From Spirochaetales bacterium (GTDB lineage: Bacteria; Spirochaetota; Spirochaetia; DSM-27196; Salinispiraceae): a stretch of 64,000 nt of DNA. The translations under genes were made by a program, and so were the position numbers. Below the pieces are notes generated by a model, which did no database searches, was not told where the DNA came from, and worked only from the letters and a program-made list of their open reading frames with translations. Positions 50,324 through 62,491 of this stretch are shown here, in pieces; position 1 is the stretch's first letter; the number at the start of each line of letters is the position of its first letter. The stretch lies in NCBI GenBank assembly GCA_009991955.1, contig JAACWS010000017.1, forward strand, positions 8,486-72,485, read 5' to 3'.

Positions 50324-53300
50324 CTACTCGTCCTCGTAATCCTCTTCGTCGATTGGGGTAGGTACTGCCTGAACAGTCAATTTCTCCCGTTCTCGAATTT
50401 CGAGTATTTGTTGAACGTGAGCGTCGAGATCTTCTCGACTCTCATCATAGAGCTTAACATTTTGATAGGCTCGCATACCGGTTCCCGCAGGAATAAGGTG
50501 ACCAATAATAACGTTTTCCTTGAGTCCTCGCAGGTGGTCTACCGAACCAGCTATTGCTGCGTTTGTAAGAACCCGAGTGGTCTCTTGGAAGGACGCAGCA
50601 GAGATGAAGGAATCGATGTTCAAGCTCGCGCGGGTAATCCCCTGGAGAAGAGGTCGAGCAACCGCAGGAAGCCCCCCCTCTTTTTCGACCCGGCGATTTT
50701 CTTCGAGGAAACGGGACTTATCTACCTGTTGGCCAAAGATAAAGTTCGTATCCCCTACCTTTACAATCTCAACCTTTCGCATCATCTGACGGATGATAAC
50801 GCCGATATGTTTATCGTTAATATCTACCCCTTGCAGACGATACACTTCCTGTACCTCATCTACGAGATAACGCTGAAGGGCGTTTTCGCCGAGGGTTTGA
50901 AGAATATCGTGGGGATCCGGCGATCCATCGCAGAGACCTTCCCCCGCTTGGGTAAGGTCTCCCTCTCGAACCAGGAGGTGACGGCCCATAGGAACCATTA
51001 CCTTGTGTTCTTTTCCATGATCGTCTTCGATTGCGATTTCTCGCTTAGATTTGGTTATGCCCTTGAATTTTACCTGCCCGGAAACCGGAGCAAGAACCGA
51101 AGGTACCCGGGGACGACGGGCCTCGAAAAGCTCACCAACCCGAGGCAAACCCCCGGTAATATCACTGGTCTTCACCGACTCCTTTAGAATTTTTGCCAAA
51201 CTCTTACCCGCTTGGATCTTTTCTCCCTCGGTCACGTTTAAATAAGCACCACCAGGCAGATAGTAGGTCTTGAGATCCTTGCCCTCTTCGTCCCGTAGTA
51301 CAATTCGTGGCTGAAGACTCTCGACGATATTCTCAGATACCTTCTTCTCCATAAGCCCGGTTTCTTCGTTCACTTCTTCCTTAATAGTGTTCTTGTCGAT
51401 ATCGACAAAGGCAACGACACCATCTTCTTCGGCCAAGATTGGTTCCGAGAAGGGGTCGAAAGTAGCGATGGACTCTTCGGCGGGAACAACATCACCCACA
51501 TCAACCAGGAGGAGTGCACCGTTTCGAATTTCGTGCCGTTGCTCCTGACTTATAAGACAGAGAGTATTGTCGCGAACAAGAGAATAGGCGTTTTCTTTTG
51601 CATGAATTGCCTCGCTTCCCCGGGTAATAATTTCCTGGCCCTTGAGCACCTTCTCATCGTCTCCAATCAGAAGTTTGTCCTTAGGCTTGACCGCTACAAC
51701 CTCGAGAACCTTGCTCACCATGACGTAGCCCTTACGGGTATACAGTCGGTCGCCGTTATCGAGCTTTACGGTATTTCCTTGAATTGAGCGGATTACAACT
51801 GGGTACTTGAGGTATGTACGGTTTTCTTCGCTGATTTTGGTAGCCGCACCACCGATGTGGAAGGTACGCATGGTCAGCTGAGTACCTGGCTGACCGATCG
51901 ACTGGGCCGCAATGATACCTACCGCCTCACCAATATTTACCTTCTTATTGGTCGCAAGGTTTCGTCCGTAACACTTCTGACAGACCCCATATTTCGACTC
52001 ACAGGTGAGTACCGTTCGAATCCGAACGGTTTCTATACCAGCCTCTTCGATTTCCTGGGCTACTGCCTCGGTCACCTCTTCGTTTACCCCAACGATTATA
52101 TCGCCGGTGATAGGGTGCTTTACTCGCTCGATGGTGAACCGGCCAACGATACGATCCTTGAGGGGCTCGACGATTTCTTCGCCATCCTTGAGAGCTGCGT
52201 ATTCGATGCCGTTGATAGTTCCGCAGTCTTCTTCGTTGATAACGACATCCTGGGCTATATCTACCAACCGCCGGGTTAAATAACCAGCGTCGGCGGTCTT
52301 GAGGGCTGTATCGGCCAATCCCTTACGAGCACCGTTGGTTGAAATAAAGAACTCGATTACCGATAGACCTTCCTTGAAGTTTGCTCGAATGGGAAGCTCG
52401 ATGATTTCGCCATTTGGCTTGGCCATTAGACCCCGCATACCTGCGAGCTGACGAATCTGATTACGACTACCCCGGGCACCGGAGTTAGCCATCATGTATA
52501 CCGGATTGAATCCCAGGCGGTCAGCCTTGAGGAAGTCCATCATCTGGTTGGTCAACTCTTCGTTGGTCCTGGACCATACTTCAATAACCCGGTTGTACCG
52601 TTCGTCGTGGGTAATGTGTCCTTGGAGGTATTGATTTTGAATCGACACGACCTCGGTATTGGCCTTGGTAATCATTTCGCCCTTAACTTCGGGAATAATA
52701 ATGTCGCCGACACCTATTGTCGCACCGAAGATAGTTGCATACCGGAAACCGGTCTCTTTAATTACGTCGAGCATGCGAACAGTAACCGCAGGGCCATGAA
52801 CCTCGAACACCTTCGAGATCAGGGCTCGAAGCTCTTTATCACCCATTTGATAATTAACAAAGCCTACTTCTTTGGGCATTGCTTCGTTGAGAATGATTCG
52901 TCCCGGGGTCGTCTCGATGAGTTCACCATCTACCTTAATTTTAATGAGAGCGTGGTAACTTACGGATTTGGTTTCGATAGCATAAATGATCTCATCTACG
53001 CTGGAGAAACGTTTTCCTTCGCCCTTGTCGCCTTCGCGGGACCGAGTGAGGTAGTAGATACCCAAAACCATGTCCTGGGAAGGGAATACGATTGGCTGCC
53101 CGTTCGCAGGGTTCAAGAGATTTCGGCTCGAGAGCATAAGGGTCCAGCACTCTATTTGGGCCGCCTGGGTGAGGGGAACGTGGACTGCCATTTGGTCCCC
53201 GTCGAAGTCGGCGTTATAGGCGTGACAGACCAGGGGATGGAGCCGAATTGCCTTACCACCAACCAGTACGGGTTCGAAAGCCTGGATACCCAGGCGGTGA

Positions 53301-54553
53301 AGGGTTGGAGCTCGGTTGAGAAGGACCGGATGCTCCTTAACGACCTCATCAAGCACCGCCCATACTTCGGGGGTCTCTTGCTCGACCAAGGTCTTGGCTC
53401 GTTTGATGTTGTACACAACGTCCTTCTCGACCAACTTCTTCATAATGAAGGGTTTGTAGAGTTCTAAGGCCATCTTGGTCGGAAGTCCACATTGGTGAAG
53501 CTTGAGGTCCGGACCAACAACGATTACCGAACGGCCAGAATAATCTACCCGCTTTCCGAGCAAGTTTTGGCGGAATCGACCCTGTTTTCCTTTGAGCATG
53601 TCCGAAAGAGACTTGAGGGGTCTATTGGATGCCCCCTTTACCACTCGTTTTTTCTTGCTATTGTCGAAGAGAGCGTCGACGGCTTCTTGAAGCATTCGTT
53701 TTTCGTTCCGGATAATAATATCCGGAGCGTGTAGATTCATAAGTCTTTTAAGTCGGTTATTTCTGTTGATTACCCGACGGTACAGGTCGTTCAAGTCCGA
53801 GGTAGCGAAGCGCCCCCCGTCGAGCTGGACCATGGGTCGCAGTTCAGGTGGAATAACGGGAATTACATTGAGGATCATCCAATCGGGCTTATTCTGGGAA
53901 TCCCGGAAGTTCTCGACAATTTCGATACGCTTTAGCAATCGCTTGTCCGACTTCATTCCTTTTTCGATCATAGCTGCTCGAAGCTCGTTTGAAAGCCCTT
54001 CCAAATCGAGGGTTTCCAAAAGGGTTTTAATAGCCTCGGCACCAATTCCCGCAGTAAAGGAGTACCCGTGTCGCTCTCTAGCTTCCAGGAATTCCTCTTC
54101 GCTGAGAAGCTGCATCTTTTTGAGATCCGTATCTCCGGCATCGATGACGATATATTTCTCATAGTAGAGAATCGATCGCAGAGCCGCAATTGTCAAATCA
54201 AGAAGTAGACCCATACGGGAAGGAACCGATCGGTAGTACCAAATATGACTTACCGGGGAGGCCAGCTCGATATGACCCATGCGTTCCCTTCGAACCTTTG
54301 GATGGGTAACTTCGACACCACAACGGTCACAGATAACTCCCTTGTACCGGATCGATTTGAACTTCCCACAGTAACATTCCCATTCCTTGGTAGTTCCAAA
54401 AATCCGCTCACAAAAAAGTCCATCTTTCTCCGGCCGCAGAGTCCGATAGTTAATAGTTTCAGGCTTTTTAACTTCGCCGTAGCTCCAGGCTCGAATTTGA
54501 TCTGGCGAGGCCAGTTTGATCATTATGCTGTCAAAATCCTGAATTTCCCTCAT
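50324..54553 (-). CDS. rpoC: DNA-directed RNA polymerase subunit beta-prime
   Basis: 1409 aa; Zn-finger C-x2-C…C-x2-C near N-terminus, NADFDGD catalytic motif. Confidence 0.97.
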   Translation of the reverse strand: MREIQDFDSIMIKLASPDQIRAWSYGEVKKPETINYRTLRPEKDGLFCERIFGTTKEWECYCGKFKSIRYKGVICDRCGVEVTHPKVRRERMGHIELASPVSHIWYYRSVPSRMGLLLDLTIAALRSILYYEKYIVIDAGDTDLKKMQLLSEEEFLEARERHGYSFTAGIGAEAIKTLLETLDLEGLSNELRAAMIEKGMKSDKRLLKRIEIVENFRDSQNKPDWMILNVIPVIPPELRPMVQLDGGRFATSDLNDLYRRVINRNNRLKRLMNLHAPDIIIRNEKRMLQEAVDALFDNSKKKRVVKGASNRPLKSLSDMLKGKQGRFRQNLLGKRVDYSGRSVIVVGPDLKLHQCGLPTKMALELYKPFIMKKLVEKDVVYNIKRAKTLVEQETPEVWAVLDEVVKEHPVLLNRAPTLHRLGIQAFEPVLVGGKAIRLHPLVCHAYNADFDGDQMAVHVPLTQAAQIECWTLMLSSRNLLNPANGQPIVFPSQDMVLGIYYLTRSREGDKGEGKRFSSVDEIIYAIETKSVSYHALIKIKVDGELIETTPGRIILNEAMPKEVGFVNYQMGDKELRALISKVFEVHGPAVTVRMLDVIKETGFRYATIFGATIGVGDIIIPEVKGEMITKANTEVVSIQNQYLQGHITHDERYNRVIEVWSRTNEELTNQMMDFLKADRLGFNPVYMMANSGARGSRNQIRQLAGMRGLMAKPNGEIIELPIRANFKEGLSVIEFFISTNGARKGLADTALKTADAGYLTRRLVDIAQDVVINEEDCGTINGIEYAALKDGEEIVEPLKDRIVGRFTIERVKHPITGDIIVGVNEEVTEAVAQEIEEAGIETVRIRTVLTCESKYGVCQKCYGRNLATNKKVNIGEAVGIIAAQSIGQPGTQLTMRTFHIGGAATKISEENRTYLKYPVVIRSIQGNTVKLDNGDRLYTRKGYVMVSKVLEVVAVKPKDKLLIGDDEKVLKGQEIITRGSEAIHAKENAYSLVRDNTLCLISQEQRHEIRNGALLLVDVGDVVPAEESIATFDPFSEPILAEEDGVVAFVDIDKNTIKEEVNEETGLMEKKVSENIVESLQPRIVLRDEEGKDLKTYYLPGGAYLNVTEGEKIQAGKSLAKILKESVKTSDITGGLPRVGELFEARRPRVPSVLAPVSGQVKFKGITKSKREIAIEDDHGKEHKVMVPMGRHLLVREGDLTQAGEGLCDGSPDPHDILQTLGENALQRYLVDEVQEVYRLQGVDINDKHIGVIIRQMMRKVEIVKVGDTNFIFGQQVDKSRFLEENRRVEKEGGLPAVARPLLQGITRASLNIDSFISAASFQETTRVLTNAAIAGSVDHLRGLKENVIIGHLIPAGTGMRAYQNVKLYDESREDLDAHVQQILEIREREKLTVQAVPTPIDEEDYEDE

Positions 54554-54692
54554 GCATCCTCCCTCGTGCAGCCAATGGCTGCGGATTCATCCTTAGCTCC
54601 GGTAACCGTGTTTCCAGAGCCCTCGATAAAAACTATTTAATGACTTACATCCGTCAAACTCACAAAAGCAGTAGTTTCCAGAGTGTCCCAGC

Positions 54693-57600
54693 TTAGAAAT
54701 TGGTCCCTTGGCGATTGATGAGTTCTTCGTCTCGTTCGGTCAATGGAACCTGCTTGCCTTTGGTATCGTAGATCGAAATATCTAAGGCAAGACCTCGCAA
54801 TTCTTGTACCAATACATTGAAGGATTCGGGAATACCCGCTGTAGTTCCAGGCTCACCTTTTACAATGCTTTCGTATATCTTTGCTCGACCATTCATATCG
54901 TCGGACTTGATCGTAAGAAGCTCTTGGAGAGTATTGGCTGCACCGTAGGCCTCAAGGGCCCATACTTCCATTTCTCCGAGTCGCTGGCCTCCGAATTGAG
55001 CCTTTCCTCCCAAGGGTTGTTGGGTAACCAGGCTGTAAGGGCCGGTGGATCGGGCGTGCATCTTGTCGTCGACCAAGTGGTGAAGCTTGAGGACGTACAT
55101 ATACCCAACCATTACGTCATTCTCGAAGGCCACTCCCGTTCGTCCATCGTAGAGGGTCGTTTTTCCGACGGTCGGCAATCCTGCCTTCACGAGCCTTCGC
55201 TCGATTTCTTCTCCTGTTGCCGATTCAAAGACTGGTGTAGCGTACCACTCGTCGTTTCCAACCGCAGCCCATCCGAGCATTGTCTCTAGGAGCTGACCAA
55301 TATTCATCCGGCTCGGTACACCGAGGGGGTTTAGGCAGATTTCCAGGGGAGTGCCATCGGCCATATAGGGCATGTCTTCTTCGGGCAGAACCCGGGCGAT
55401 AACCCCTTTGTTTCCGTGCCGTCCGGCGATCTTGTCCCCTTCTTGCATCTTTCGTTTGGTGGCGATGAGCACCTTAACGACCTCATCCACTCCCGGAGGA
55501 AGATCATCCCCCTCCGATCGCTTAAGTCGCTGAACATCAATGACGGTTCCTTCGACCCCATGAGGCACCTTAAGGCTCGTATCTCGAACTTCCTTGGCCT
55601 TTTCGCCGAAGATCGAATTCAAAAGCTTGAATTCTGGGGTTGCATCGCTATCGGTTTTGGGAGTTACCTTTCCTACCAGAATGCCACCCGAGCCAACCTT
55701 GGCCCCAACCCGAACAATTCCTTCCTCGTCTAACTGATCGAGAGCCTTGTCGGAGGTATTTGGTATGTCCCGGGTAATTTTTTCGGGACCCAGTTTGGTC
55801 TCGCGGATTTCGATTTGGAATTCCTTAATATGCACCGAGGTAAACATGTCCCATTTGACAATCTTCTCTGAAATAAGGACCGCGTCTTCGTAGTTATACC
55901 CATTCCAGGGCACAAAACCCAGGAGCAGGTTTCGCCCTAGGGCCAACTCACCGTTGTAGGTGGAAGGTCCATCGGCCAAAACCGTACCCTTAGAAATTTT
56001 CTGTCCTAGCTTGATCACCGGCTTTTGTACGTAACAGGTGTCCTGATTCGTTCGCTGGTACTTCAAGAGGTCGTAGATATCTACTTCGCCCTGAATTGTA
56101 GGTGAGTCGGGGATAATTACTACTTGGGAGTTTGTAACATACGATACAACCCCTGCTCGCTTCGATTTTACCAGCACTCCGGAGTCATAGGCGGTCTTAT
56201 GTTCGAGACCGGTTCCAACCCGTGGGGGCTCTGGGAACAGGAGGGGGACCGCTTGTCGCTGCATGTTCGAACCCATGAGAGCACGGTTCGCGTCGTCGTG
56301 CTCCAAGAAGGGGATGAGCGATGCGGATACAGAAATAATCTGCTTGGGCGAAACGTCCATGTATTGGATTTCGTGGGGCAGTTTTGAGGTGTAGTCCCCA
56401 CTTTTACGCACTGCTACCAGCTCATTCTTAAAGGTACCATCTTCATTCAGCTCGGCGCTCGCCTGGGCAATGAAGTATTTCTCTTCATCCATGGCCGACA
56501 GGTACTGGATATCGTTGGTAACCTTACCTTTTACTACCTTCCGATAGGGAGTCTCGAGGAAACCATAGTCGTTAATTTGGGTATAGTTCGCCAGACTTAC
56601 AATAAGTCCGATATTTGGACCTTCGGGAGTTTCGATCGGACACATTCGGCCGTAGTGGGTGTAGTGAACATCCCGCACTTCAAATCCCGCCCGATCCCTA
56701 CTCAAGCCTCCCGGCCCGAGAGCGTTCAATCGACGCTTGTGGGTAAGTTCCGACAGAGGATTAACCTGGTCCATGAACTGGGACAACTGACTAGAACCGA
56801 AGAACTCCTTAATAGCGGCCACGACAGGTTTTATCGAAATGAGGTCTTGGGGCTTGATAGTCTCGAGCTCTTTCAAACTCATTCGTTCTTTGGCGATTCG
56901 CTCCATCCTACTAAATGCAGTCTTCAGCTGGTTCGCCATAAGCTCACCCACCGAACGGACCCGGCGATTTCCCAAGTGATCAATATCGTCAATCGAGGCC
57001 TCATTGATATAAACCTTGATCAAAAACCCCATGGTATTAACGATGTCGTCTTTGGTTAAAATGTGATCGTCTGTTGGATTGGCGTAGTCAAACTTCTTAT
57101 TAAGTTTGTACCGCCCAACCCGACCGAGGTCGTATCGACGGGCGGTAAAGAACATCGAGTTAAAGTCTTTCTCTGCTCCTTCGAGGGTAATTGGCTCTCC
57201 TGGCATAATAACCGCATAGACCGCCGAGAGAGCAGCCTCCTTGGTAGGCTCGTCGTGGTCGTCGTTTTTGGAATATTTACTTTCTTCTCGATCAAAACAA
57301 TTGAGAATTATGTCCGAATGAAGCCCCTCGGGATTAGAGTCGTCGATAATTTGGATCGAGGTAACACCCGAGTGAATAAGTTCGTCGATGTTATGGGGAT
57401 GGATGCGATCTCCCGCCCGATGAAGCTTCTTCATCTTACCATCTTCTTCGGCAAAGACATTTCTTCCAAAGGCCTTGCCGGTTAACCGATCTTTGAACTC
57501 CCGAGTATCTTCTATGACGACTTCGGTAGTCTTATAAAAGAGGTCGATTATTCTTTCCCGAGTTTCGTATCCGAGAGCCCGCAGAAAGAGGGTTCCCAAG

Positions 57601-58190
57601 ATTCGCTTTTTCCGGTCTATTTTTGCGTAAATGAGTTCTTTTTTCTGATCAATTTCAAATTCAAGCCAGCTTCCTCGGTAGGGAATAATACGGGAGGAAA
57701 ACACTCCCTTTTCGTGGCTAAAAATTACCCCGGGGGATCGGTGGATTTGGCTTACCACAACCCGCTCAGCACCATTGATAATGAAGGTACCCCGATCGGT
57801 CATAATAGGAATATCGCCCATATAAATGTCTTTCTGGCGAATTTCCCCGGTCTCGGAAAAGAGAAGATTAATACGAGCCTTGATGGGGACGGCGTAGGTA
57901 TGCCCCTTGAGTTTACACTCCTGTTCGGAAAACTTCATGTTGTCTTCGTCGAGGGAATAGTGATCGTACTCTAACCGCATATCTCCTGCAGGACTTTCGA
58001 TTGGAAAAGTAGTCTGAAACACGTCTTCCAGACCCTGAACCAGGACCGCCTCACCGTTCTTCAGACGTTCACGCTGTAAAAACCGCTCGTAAGAGGATAA
58101 TTGAATATCAACCAGGTCTGGTAACTCCATGACCTCGGTGGGATTATGTCCCACGTTTATACGGTTTATTATCTGATTTCTTGAGAACAT
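54693..58190 (-). CDS. rpoB: DNA-directed RNA polymerase subunit beta
   Basis: 1165 aa; conserved beta motifs incl. rifampicin-cluster region. Confidence 0.97.
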   Translation of the reverse strand: MFSRNQIINRINVGHNPTEVMELPDLVDIQLSSYERFLQRERLKNGEAVLVQGLEDVFQTTFPIESPAGDMRLEYDHYSLDEDNMKFSEQECKLKGHTYAVPIKARINLLFSETGEIRQKDIYMGDIPIMTDRGTFIINGAERVVVSQIHRSPGVIFSHEKGVFSSRIIPYRGSWLEFEIDQKKELIYAKIDRKKRILGTLFLRALGYETRERIIDLFYKTTEVVIEDTREFKDRLTGKAFGRNVFAEEDGKMKKLHRAGDRIHPHNIDELIHSGVTSIQIIDDSNPEGLHSDIILNCFDREESKYSKNDDHDEPTKEAALSAVYAVIMPGEPITLEGAEKDFNSMFFTARRYDLGRVGRYKLNKKFDYANPTDDHILTKDDIVNTMGFLIKVYINEASIDDIDHLGNRRVRSVGELMANQLKTAFSRMERIAKERMSLKELETIKPQDLISIKPVVAAIKEFFGSSQLSQFMDQVNPLSELTHKRRLNALGPGGLSRDRAGFEVRDVHYTHYGRMCPIETPEGPNIGLIVSLANYTQINDYGFLETPYRKVVKGKVTNDIQYLSAMDEEKYFIAQASAELNEDGTFKNELVAVRKSGDYTSKLPHEIQYMDVSPKQIISVSASLIPFLEHDDANRALMGSNMQRQAVPLLFPEPPRVGTGLEHKTAYDSGVLVKSKRAGVVSYVTNSQVVIIPDSPTIQGEVDIYDLLKYQRTNQDTCYVQKPVIKLGQKISKGTVLADGPSTYNGELALGRNLLLGFVPWNGYNYEDAVLISEKIVKWDMFTSVHIKEFQIEIRETKLGPEKITRDIPNTSDKALDQLDEEGIVRVGAKVGSGGILVGKVTPKTDSDATPEFKLLNSIFGEKAKEVRDTSLKVPHGVEGTVIDVQRLKRSEGDDLPPGVDEVVKVLIATKRKMQEGDKIAGRHGNKGVIARVLPEEDMPYMADGTPLEICLNPLGVPSRMNIGQLLETMLGWAAVGNDEWYATPVFESATGEEIERRLVKAGLPTVGKTTLYDGRTGVAFENDVMVGYMYVLKLHHLVDDKMHARSTGPYSLVTQQPLGGKAQFGGQRLGEMEVWALEAYGAANTLQELLTIKSDDMNGRAKIYESIVKGEPGTTAGIPESFNVLVQELRGLALDISIYDTKGKQVPLTERDEELINRQGTNF

Positions 58191-58224
58191 GAAAACTCCT
58201 CCCCAGGGGCTAAAGACAAAGATA

Positions 58225-58252
58225 CACCACGAGAGGCAAGCCTCTCATGGTG
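58225..58252 (-). terminator. rplL-rpoB intergenic hairpin (partial terminator/attenuator)
   Basis: minus-strand CACCAUGAGAGG-cuug-CCUCUCGUGGUG (12-bp stem, one G-U) followed by UAUCUUUGUCUUU. Confidence 0.4.
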
Positions 58253-58298
58253 TCGAGTTTCGGTTAAAAAACTATGAGAAAACGAGATAAGGGTCAAA

Positions 58299-58676
58299 TT
58301 ACTTGACTTCTACCTTTGCACCAGCAGCTTCAAGAGTCTTCTTGATTTCTGCCGCTTCTTCTTTCGATACGTTCTCTTTCACGACGCCATTCGCCTCAAC
58401 GAGGTCTTTGGCTTCCTTGAGTCCCAATCCACTAACGATGGTTCGAACTGCCTTGATAACGTCAATCTTTTTGGCGCCAGCGTCAGCAATCTTCACGGTG
58501 AATTCGGTTTGCTCCTCTACTTCTTCAGCAGCGGCAGCAGGACCAGCAGCAGCCGCGGCCACAGGTGCAGCAGCAGTTACCCCAAACTTCTCTTCCATTG
58601 CTTTTACGAGCTCGGATACTTCGAGTACCGACATCGCAGCAATAGCGTTGAGGATATCATCTTTAGAAAGTGCCAT
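58299..58676 (-). CDS. rplL: 50S ribosomal protein L7/L12
   Basis: 125 aa; Ala-rich hinge, conserved CTD. Confidence 0.95.
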   Translation of the reverse strand: MALSKDDILNAIAAMSVLEVSELVKAMEEKFGVTAAAPVAAAAAGPAAAAEEVEEQTEFTVKIADAGAKKIDVIKAVRTIVSGLGLKEAKDLVEANGVVKENVSKEEAAEIKKTLEAAGAKVEVK

Positions 58677-58811
58677 ATTATCTTCTCCTTTCTTATGTTT
58701 TCCCCGGCGATAGCAGGCACTTCCGTAAACGGAAGACTAACCCCGGGGCTTTAGTTCCTGAGTTTCAGTCAACGACTGTGGATAACCCAGGACTATTTTT
58801 TACTCTAAATC

Positions 58812-59348
58812 TCAGTTCCCAGCCTTTTGATCAGCCACAGCTTGCAAAGTTCGTACAAGCTTGGTAGTTACCCCATTGAGCACATAGACGAAATTCTGCA
58901 TTGGCGCATTCATTGTACCCATGAGTTTTGCAAGCAGTTCCGCCCTCGAAGGCAACTTACTGAAAGCATCTACTTGTTGGCCATTGAATACATTGCCATC
59001 GATAAGACCACCCTTCACAGCAAGAGTCCAATCTTTGGTTAGAGCCAGCAGTTCTTTGGCGACCGCCCCAGAATCTCCCCGAGACAAGGCAATCGCGGTG
59101 GGACCCACAAGGTAAGGATCGACCCCATCCAGGTTGAGATCCCGGAAGGCGATTTTTGCGTAGTTATTCTTTACTACATGATAATCTGCATCTAAGGCAC
59201 GAAGCTTATTTCGGAGGATGGTAATTTTCTCGACAGATAAGCCTCGGTAGTCGGTGAAAATATAGTCTTTGACCCCATTGAAGCTCTCTCGAATAGAGGT
59301 AACAGCCTCTTCTTTTGCCTTATTTACTTTTACAGCGTAGTCGGACAT
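58812..59348 (-). CDS. rplJ: 50S ribosomal protein L10
   Basis: 178 aa conserved L10. Confidence 0.95.
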   Translation of the reverse strand: MSDYAVKVNKAKEEAVTSIRESFNGVKDYIFTDYRGLSVEKITILRNKLRALDADYHVVKNNYAKIAFRDLNLDGVDPYLVGPTAIALSRGDSGAVAKELLALTKDWTLAVKGGLIDGNVFNGQQVDAFSKLPSRAELLAKLMGTMNAPMQNFVYVLNGVTTKLVRTLQAVADQKAGN

Positions 59349-59363
59349 TTTTGCTTCCTCCCC

Positions 59364-60041
59364 TTATTCGCTTTCGCGGGCAATTCGCAGCCCGGGACCC
59401 ATAGTCGCCGAAAGGGCTACAGACTTTACAAATTCACCCTTGGTATCTGAAGGACGCTTTCGCTCTACCTCAGACACAACAGCGTTGATATTGTCTAACA
59501 ACTGAGCAATCTCCATCGAGACCTTTCCGACAGGCATGTGAATAACCCCGGTCTTGTCACTCCGGAACTCGACCCGACCTTTCTTCAACTCGTTGATCGC
59601 TGCAGTAACATCGAAGGTTACGGTCTGGGTCTTAGGGTTTGGCATGAGACCACGGCGACCAAGAATGGGTCCTAATTTACCCACATCTTTCATCATATCG
59701 GGGGTAGCTACCGCTACGTCAAAGTCGGTCCATCCACCCTTTACCTTCTCTATCATGTCGTCGTCGCCGACGAATGCGGCGCCGGCTTTCCGGGCTTCCT
59801 CGGCCTTATCACCCTTAGCAAAAACAAGAATTTTTTTCTCACCCCGAAACTGGTGGGGAAGCACGAGAGTATCTCGGATTGTGGTACTCTTTTTTACGTT
59901 AAGGTTCATCGAGAGCTCGACGGTTTCGTCAAACTTGGCGTAGGAAAGCTTCTTGATAAGCTCTACCGCATCATTTTTGGCGTATACCTTCGTTCGATCG
60001 ACTGCTTTGAGGGCTTCTTGGTATTTTTTTCCTCGCTTCAT
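59364..60041 (-). CDS. rplA: 50S ribosomal protein L1
   Basis: 225 aa conserved L1. Confidence 0.95.
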   Translation of the reverse strand: MKRGKKYQEALKAVDRTKVYAKNDAVELIKKLSYAKFDETVELSMNLNVKKSTTIRDTLVLPHQFRGEKKILVFAKGDKAEEARKAGAAFVGDDDMIEKVKGGWTDFDVAVATPDMMKDVGKLGPILGRRGLMPNPKTQTVTFDVTAAINELKKGRVEFRSDKTGVIHMPVGKVSMEIAQLLDNINAVVSEVERKRPSDTKGEFVKSVALSATMGPGLRIARESE

Positions 60042-60043
60042 AA

Positions 60044-60475
60044 TTAGACCTCCACCTCTACACCCATCGAACGGGCGGTTCCAGCTACAATCTTCATGGC
60101 CGATTCTACATCGTTGGCGTTTAAGTCTGCCTTCTTGATTTCAGCAATCTCCTTGAGCTGGGCTTTCGTGATAGTTCCTACCTTCACCTTATGGGGCTCG
60201 GCAGAACCACTAGCTAATCCGAGGTACTTTTTGATAAGTACTGCAGCAGGGGGGCTCTTTATTTCGAAAGAGAAAGTACGGTCTGCATAAATAGTAATGA
60301 CAACAGGAACCGTTAATCCGGCCTCGATATGCTTCGAAGCTTCGTTAAACTGCTGAACGAACTGGGGTCCACTAACCCCGTGGGGTCCGAGGGCTGGTCC
60401 AACCGGAGGTGCAGGGGTTGCTTTTTGAGCAGGCACCTGCAACTTTACCATCGCGGTAATTTTCTTTTTGGCCAT
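60044..60475 (-). CDS. rplK: 50S ribosomal protein L11
   Basis: start at ATG 60475 ([30 protein letters not shown]…); the ORF-track 11-aa extension is not conserved. Confidence 0.95.
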   Translation of the reverse strand: MAKKKITAMVKLQVPAQKATPAPPVGPALGPHGVSGPQFVQQFNEASKHIEAGLTVPVVITIYADRTFSFEIKSPPAAVLIKKYLGLASGSAEPHKVKVGTITKAQLKEIAEIKKADLNANDVESAMKIVAGTARSMGVEVEV

Positions 60476-60612
60476 TATATTCTCCTTTGTGGTAGTACCC
60501 CCGCACAAGCAGAGGCTTTTCCAACCCTAGGGAAGGAATGGAAAATAAGCGTTCGATCGAAGGGGCCACCAAGGATCAAACTCCCACAACTAACCGGCTT
60601 TAGACCGGGTAA

Positions 60613-61167
60613 TTACATCTTTTCTACTTGGAGGAATTCAAGCTCAACCGGCGTATTCCTACCGAAGATTCCTACCATGACTTTAATTTTTGCCTTTTCT
60701 GCGTTTACGTCCTCTACCGTACCCGTAAATGACTCGAATGGTCCATCGATGATACGTACCACCTCGCCCACCGCAAAATTTTGCTTCGGTCGATAGGAGG
60801 AATCACCCTTGATTTCTCCCATTCGCGCGAGTAAGGAGCGAGCCTCTTCGTTGGCAATCGGGTTAGGCTTCACATTTGGCGCCGCCCCAACAAATCCCGT
60901 AACCCCTTGAATTCTTCGAATCTTGGAACATACGGATTTCCATGAAAGCTCGGGCAGATCCATTTCTATAAGAATGTATCCGGGCAAAACCCTTTGAATT
61001 CGCTCTTTTCGTTTTCCATCTTTTACGTCGACAACTTTTTCCGAAGGAACTTTTAAGTCCAAGACTGCGTCATCAAACTCGCCATCACCCATCATGAGAC
61101 GGATTGTCTTTTCGATCTTATTCTCGTATCCCGAGTAAACGTGAAGAACGTACCAGCCTTTCGCCAT
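60613..61167 (-). CDS. nusG: transcription termination/antitermination factor NusG
   Basis: 184 aa; NGN domain (WYVLHVYSGYE) + C-terminal KOW. Confidence 0.95.
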   Translation of the reverse strand: MAKGWYVLHVYSGYENKIEKTIRLMMGDGEFDDAVLDLKVPSEKVVDVKDGKRKERIQRVLPGYILIEMDLPELSWKSVCSKIRRIQGVTGFVGAAPNVKPNPIANEEARSLLARMGEIKGDSSYRPKQNFAVGEVVRIIDGPFESFTGTVEDVNAEKAKIKVMVGIFGRNTPVELEFLQVEKM

Positions 61168-61314
61168 ACTATCCCCTTTTCTTACAAAACCTTGGACGAA
61201 CGGCCCGGTAACTCTAGCCCTACTATTTTAGGGCAAAAGAAAAATGACCACCTACACGGAGGGCGCCGTCCGCCAATCTCCTACCTTCAAACCTGGGATT
61301 TACCGCCAGATTTC

Positions 61315-61494
61315 TTAGAAAAGGAGCTCGATTGCGTTTGCTAACAGAAAATCAATTACCCCTAACATAACCCCAAAAAATACTACCGATACGAGGACAA
61401 CAACTGTGCTGGAACTTACCTCGTCTCGAGTAGGCCACATGATTTTCTTCATTTCGGCATAGCTGTCTTTGAAATACTGGATCAGGCGTTTCAT
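61315..61494 (-). CDS. secE: preprotein translocase subunit SecE
   Basis: not in ORF track (59 aa): MKRLIQYFKDSYAEMKKIMWPTRDEVSSSTVVVLVSVVFFGVMLGVIDFLLANAIELLF*. Confidence 0.85.
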   Translation of the reverse strand: MKRLIQYFKDSYAEMKKIMWPTRDEVSSSTVVVLVSVVFFGVMLGVIDFLLANAIELLF

Positions 61495-61527
61495 GTAACC
61501 TTCCTTTTACCCTAGGATACAAATAGT

Positions 61528-61554
61528 ACAAAAATACCCCGGAAACTCGGGGTA
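61528..61554 (-). terminator. rho-independent terminator downstream of the tRNA-Trp gene (before the secE promoter region)
   Basis: minus-strand UACCCCG-aguuuc-CGGGGUA followed by UUUUUGU. Confidence 0.5.
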
Positions 61555-61698
61555 TTGCTCAGCAAAGCCTAGGCAACTGCTATGGGCAGGAACTACTTTT
61601 CGCGCCTTGGGTGTACAGGCACCGAAAAATTCTCCTCCTCTAGACCAAAAGACGGGCAAATGATATTCTCATTCCCCAGGACCATCCGGTGAAAAATC

Positions 61699-61771
61699 CA
61701 GGCCCAGTAGGACTCGAACCTACAACCCTCGGTTTTGGAGACCGATACTCTACCAATTGAGCTATAGGCCT
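61699..61771 (-). tRNA. tRNA-Trp (anticodon CCA)
   Basis: hand-folded cloverleaf: acceptor AGGCCTA/TGGGCCT, D arm GCTCaattggtaGAGT, anticodon loop CTCCAAA, T arm GTAGGttcgagtCCTAC. Confidence 0.85.
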
Positions 61772-61819
61772 TTGTTATTCCCCTTTGATCCGTCGCCAAT
61801 TCTGCCAACGACCAAGGAA

Positions 61820-61892
61820 AGCCCTCGAGCGGACTTGAACCGCTGACCCCCACCTTACCATGGTGGTGCTCTACCGACTGAGCTACAAGGGC
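61820..61892 (-). tRNA. tRNA-Thr (anticodon GGT)
   Basis: hand-folded cloverleaf: acceptor GCCCTTG/CGAGGGC, D arm GCTCagtcggtaGAGC, anticodon stem CCACC/GGTGG loop ATGGTAA, T arm AGCGGttcaagtCCGCT. Confidence 0.85.
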
Positions 61893-61983
61893 GGGCAAAA
61901 TGCTCGGTGAATGTATCAGAAAAGGTATCAGGTGTCAACGGATTTGTAAAGGTTTTCCCGGGCTTGGCACGGGTGGACCTATT

Positions 61984-62427
61984 CTAGGACAGTCTGCGGG
62001 CGTGGTGCACCATGAGCTCGTAAATATTGCCAAAGGCATTTGCTCGGCTCGGGGTAAGGTTTGCTCGAATATTCGTGTGCTCGGCGAAATGGGTAATGAG
62101 CTCGGGAGTCGCATCTATAATATCTGTGGGGGTGAGTCCCGAAAGAGCGTGAACCAGGATAGCCACGTATCCCTTAATTACCATTGCTTCCGAACTGCCC
62201 CGGTAGAGTACCCGCCCATTCTGGCTATTCGCCGCAATATATACGTTGGAGACACAACCCTGGACGAAGTTTTCCTCGGTTTGTTCTCCCTCCAGAAGAC
62301 CGGGCAGGTTTTTGCCTGTGTCGCTCAAAAGTCGGTACATTTCCATCTGGTCGAAAGAGGCAAGGTCGTTGAGTTCTTCTGCCATTTGTTCTAGGTATGT
62401 TTTGACTTCGTGAATTGTACTCGCCAT
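61984..62427 (-). CDS. sufE: SufE-like cysteine desulfuration (Fe-S assembly) protein
   Basis: 147 aa; conserved SufE/YgdK region …FVQGCVSNVYIAANS…. Confidence 0.7.
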   Translation of the reverse strand: MASTIHEVKTYLEQMAEELNDLASFDQMEMYRLLSDTGKNLPGLLEGEQTEENFVQGCVSNVYIAANSQNGRVLYRGSSEAMVIKGYVAILVHALSGLTPTDIIDATPELITHFAEHTNIRANLTPSRANAFGNIYELMVHHARRLS

Positions 62428-62491
62428 AGTAATATGATTATGTCAAAATTACGAAGTTTAGACTACACTACCGAAGGATAAGGAGGAACCT

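Noticed and set aside
50120-51187. 355-aa + strand ORF inside rpoC
   Set aside because: Antisense shadow ORF of a highly conserved gene. Its translation is low-complexity with no recognisable domain, and rpoC occupies the region on the opposite strand.
52607-53467. 286-aa + strand ORF inside rpoC
   Set aside because: Same as above: antisense to the conserved beta-prime coding sequence, with no independent support.
60476-60508. 11-codon upstream extension of the rplK ORF ([11 protein letters not shown]-)
   Set aside because: L11 proteins begin with MAKK… The extension is not conserved and probably belongs to the leader region.
61593-61898. 101-aa minus-strand ORF
   Set aside because: It spans the tRNA-Trp and tRNA-Thr genes and the intervening spacer, so the region is explained by the tRNAs.
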